The notes beneath the pieces were generated by a model. It was not told the DNA's origin. It searched no databases and saw only the letters and a program-made list of their open reading frames with translations. Shown here piece after piece: positions 17,010-18,709 of a DNA stretch of 18,709 bases (position 1 is the first letter of the stretch; each line of letters opens with the position of its first letter). The stretch lies in assembly GCA_964493715.1 (NCBI GenBank), contig CAZBPC010000068.1:1-18709 (forward strand), in the 5' to 3' direction. The DNA is from an uncultured archaeon (GTDB lineage Archaea > Asgardarchaeota > Lokiarchaeia > Sigyniarchaeales > SOKP01). The position numbers were made by a program, and so were the translations under genes.

Positions 17010-17340
17010 TTTAGTTAATCCTCTTTTTGAATTTAATTATCCAACTTGATTTTTAATATAAATATCTTTTCCTTAAAATTTTTAAATTAAAAAATCAATA
17101 TATCCTGTTTTGTCGAAATTCAAAAAGTATCTGTTGAAAATATTAGTGAAAGTAGATGATGTATCTATAGATTAATTAACATAAACTAAAGAAATCGCAG
17201 AGACCATAATTTAAAGAAAAAATTATTTTCTTTTTTGTATCACAAAGATATTATCGGAATATAATAATTTAATAAAGAACAGTTTTATTAGATGAGTATA
17301 AATTATTCTGTCTTTGAAATTTAAAAGTGGTGTATTTTAA

Positions 17341-17877
17341 TTGAATGATTCAAATCGATATAAATTATGTATTTTTGGAGATGGTGGGGTGGGTAAAACT
17401 ACATTCACTCACCGATTTCTTAATAGAGTCTTTGATGAAGATTTAAAAATGACTGTTGGTGCGGATTTTAGCGTAAAAGATGTAAAAGTTGATGATCTCG
17501 TAGTAAATCTTCAAATTTGGGATTTTGCTGGTGAGGAGCGATTTAAAGTGCTCTTTCCAAGCTTTGTTAAGAGTGCTCAAGGTGGTATATTTATGTGTGA
17601 CCTAACCAGACGCTTTAGCGTTAAAGGGATAGATGATTGGCTTTCATTTTTTCAAAAGGAAATGAAATCTTCAAATACTCAAATCCCGATTATAATGGTA
17701 GGAAGTAAGTTAGATTTGGAAGAAAAACGCTCCATAACTACTGAAGATGGTATTGAACTCGCTAAATCTCGCAACTTACAAGGTTATTTTGAATGTTCAT
17801 CTAAAACAGGAGAGAATGTTGATAATATTTTTGAGACAATTGCTAGGTTAATGCTAGGTACAGGTAACGAGAGTTAA
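17341..17877 (+). CDS. Rab-like Ras-superfamily small GTPase (Asgard type)
   Basis: G1 GDGGVGKTT, G2 MTVGADF, G3 IWDFAGEERF, G4 GSKLD, G5 ECSSKTG; TTG start 8 nt after GGTG; no C-terminal Cys prenylation motif. Confidence 0.95.
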   Translation: MNDSNRYKLCIFGDGGVGKTTFTHRFLNRVFDEDLKMTVGADFSVKDVKVDDLVVNLQIWDFAGEERFKVLFPSFVKSAQGGIFMCDLTRRFSVKGIDDWLSFFQKEMKSSNTQIPIIMVGSKLDLEEKRSITTEDGIELAKSRNLQGYFECSSKTGENVDNIFETIARLMLGTGNES

Positions 17878-18709
17878 ATCATATCATCAAACCTTAAGCG
17901 TTTTAAAACTGGATATCTCCTTCCTATTCCAAATGCGCTTTTACTGATTTTTATTGTCTGTACTAATTGTCTTCGCTTGTATTCTGAATTCAAATAAAGT
18001 TTTCTAACTCTTTCAATCGTTTTTAAATCAATTCCTTTATTTAGTAAATGGTCTACCTCTGAACCTATTCCATTTTGGATGATTTCTTCTAAAATTATAT
18101 CTAATATCTCATAAGAAGGTAAAGAATCGCTATCTCTTTGATTTTCGCGCAATTCTGCAGTTGGAATTCTTTTAATAATTCTATAAGGAATGGTTTCTTC
18201 TTTATTATTAATCCAATTACAAATTTCATAGATTTGAGTCTTTAATAGATCTCCAGGAACATTTTTCCCCCCGTTTGTATCCCCATATAATGTACAATAT
18301 CCAACTCCAATTTCTGATTTATTACCCGTTGAGACTAACAGCCAATTGTACTTATTGGAATAATACATCAAGATTGTCGCTCTAATTCTTGCTTGAAGAT
18401 TTTCATCTGCAATATCAAATTTCATCTTTCCAAGATTAAGTTCTATATCCTTTTCATAAAAGTTGAATAACTTATCAATGGGATGAATTTTATATTTTAT
18501 TTTCAGGTTATCACATAAATTTTTAGCTAAATCAAGGCTTTCTTGGGATGTGAAGCGAGTAGGCATCATTATAGCAGTTATATGTTCTGAACCTATTGCT
18601 TTAGCACAAATATATGCAGTGAAAGCAGAATCTATGCCTCCACTCAAACCTAATACTATTCCTTTGAAAATTCCACTTTTATAATAATATTCATGAAGAT
18701 TTAAACATA
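17874..18709 (-). CDS. nadE: NAD+ synthetase, 5'-truncated by the window edge
   Basis: The frame is open to the right edge (CLNLHEYYYKSGIFKGIVLGLSGGIDSA), so the TTG at 18647 is internal. Motifs ENLQARIR, TGNKSE, GYCTLYGD, PTAELRENQRDSDSLP and SEYKRRQ. The glutamine-dependent type is plausible but its N-terminal domain would lie outside the window. Confidence 0.96.
   Translation of the reverse strand, partial: CLNLHEYYYKSGIFKGIVLGLSGGIDSAFTAYICAKAIGSEHITAIMMPTRFTSQESLDLAKNLCDNLKIKYKIHPIDKLFNFYEKDIELNLGKMKFDIADENLQARIRATILMYYSNKYNWLLVSTGNKSEIGVGYCTLYGDTNGGKNVPGDLLKTQIYEICNWINNKEETIPYRIIKRIPTAELRENQRDSDSLPSYEILDIILEEIIQNGIGSEVDHLLNKGIDLKTIERVRKLYLNSEYKRRQLVQTIKISKSAFGIGRRYPVLKRLRFDDMI

Noticed and set aside
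17125-17215. Possible degraded coding fragment (KYLLKILVKVDDVSID) resembling part of the GTPase
   Set aside because: Only a few matching residues with several stops; compatible with chance.
18645-18647. TTG start of nadE given in the ORF track
   Set aside because: It is the Leu of the conserved GLSGGIDS motif; the frame continues past the window edge.
1-18709. CRISPR arrays, tRNA/rRNA genes, transposases, defence systems
   Set aside because: By eye I found no regularly spaced repeats, no GC-rich structured RNA islands and no matching ORFs; tRNAscan/Infernal were not run.

Overview
AT-rich archaeal genomic window, most likely from an Asgard archaeon of the Lokiarchaeia type. This is inferred from a stand-alone Rab-like small GTPase, an archaeal AbrB-PhoU regulator and an archaeal/eukaryote-type carbamoyl-phosphate synthetase. 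Gene order: ketopantoate-reductase-family gene (minus strand, runs off the left edge, missing from the ORF track); a short gene remnant or possible uORF; carA-carB; a PH-domain-like membrane protein; an unannotated 94-aa Lrp/AsnC-ligand-binding-like ORF that seems to start at ATT; an AbrB-PhoU regulator divergent from pstS-pstC-pstA-pstB-phoU; a multi-pass membrane protein; a tandem-domain SagB/nitroreductase-like protein divergent from a dienelactone hydrolase; a 46-aa coupled ORF; a PAP2/Aur1-like membrane enzyme; a Rab-like GTPase; and the 3' part of nadE. I saw no rRNA, tRNA, CRISPR array or transposase. The window is mostly housekeeping and I cannot support a large novel multi-gene system. 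The best leads are the hidden ATT-start gene, three TATATA-N3-TATATA candidate phosphate operators, a triple interlocked palindrome, an aberrant duplicated nitroreductase-fold enzyme, and a 25-codon uORF before carA that loosely recalls the fungal arginine attenuator peptide.
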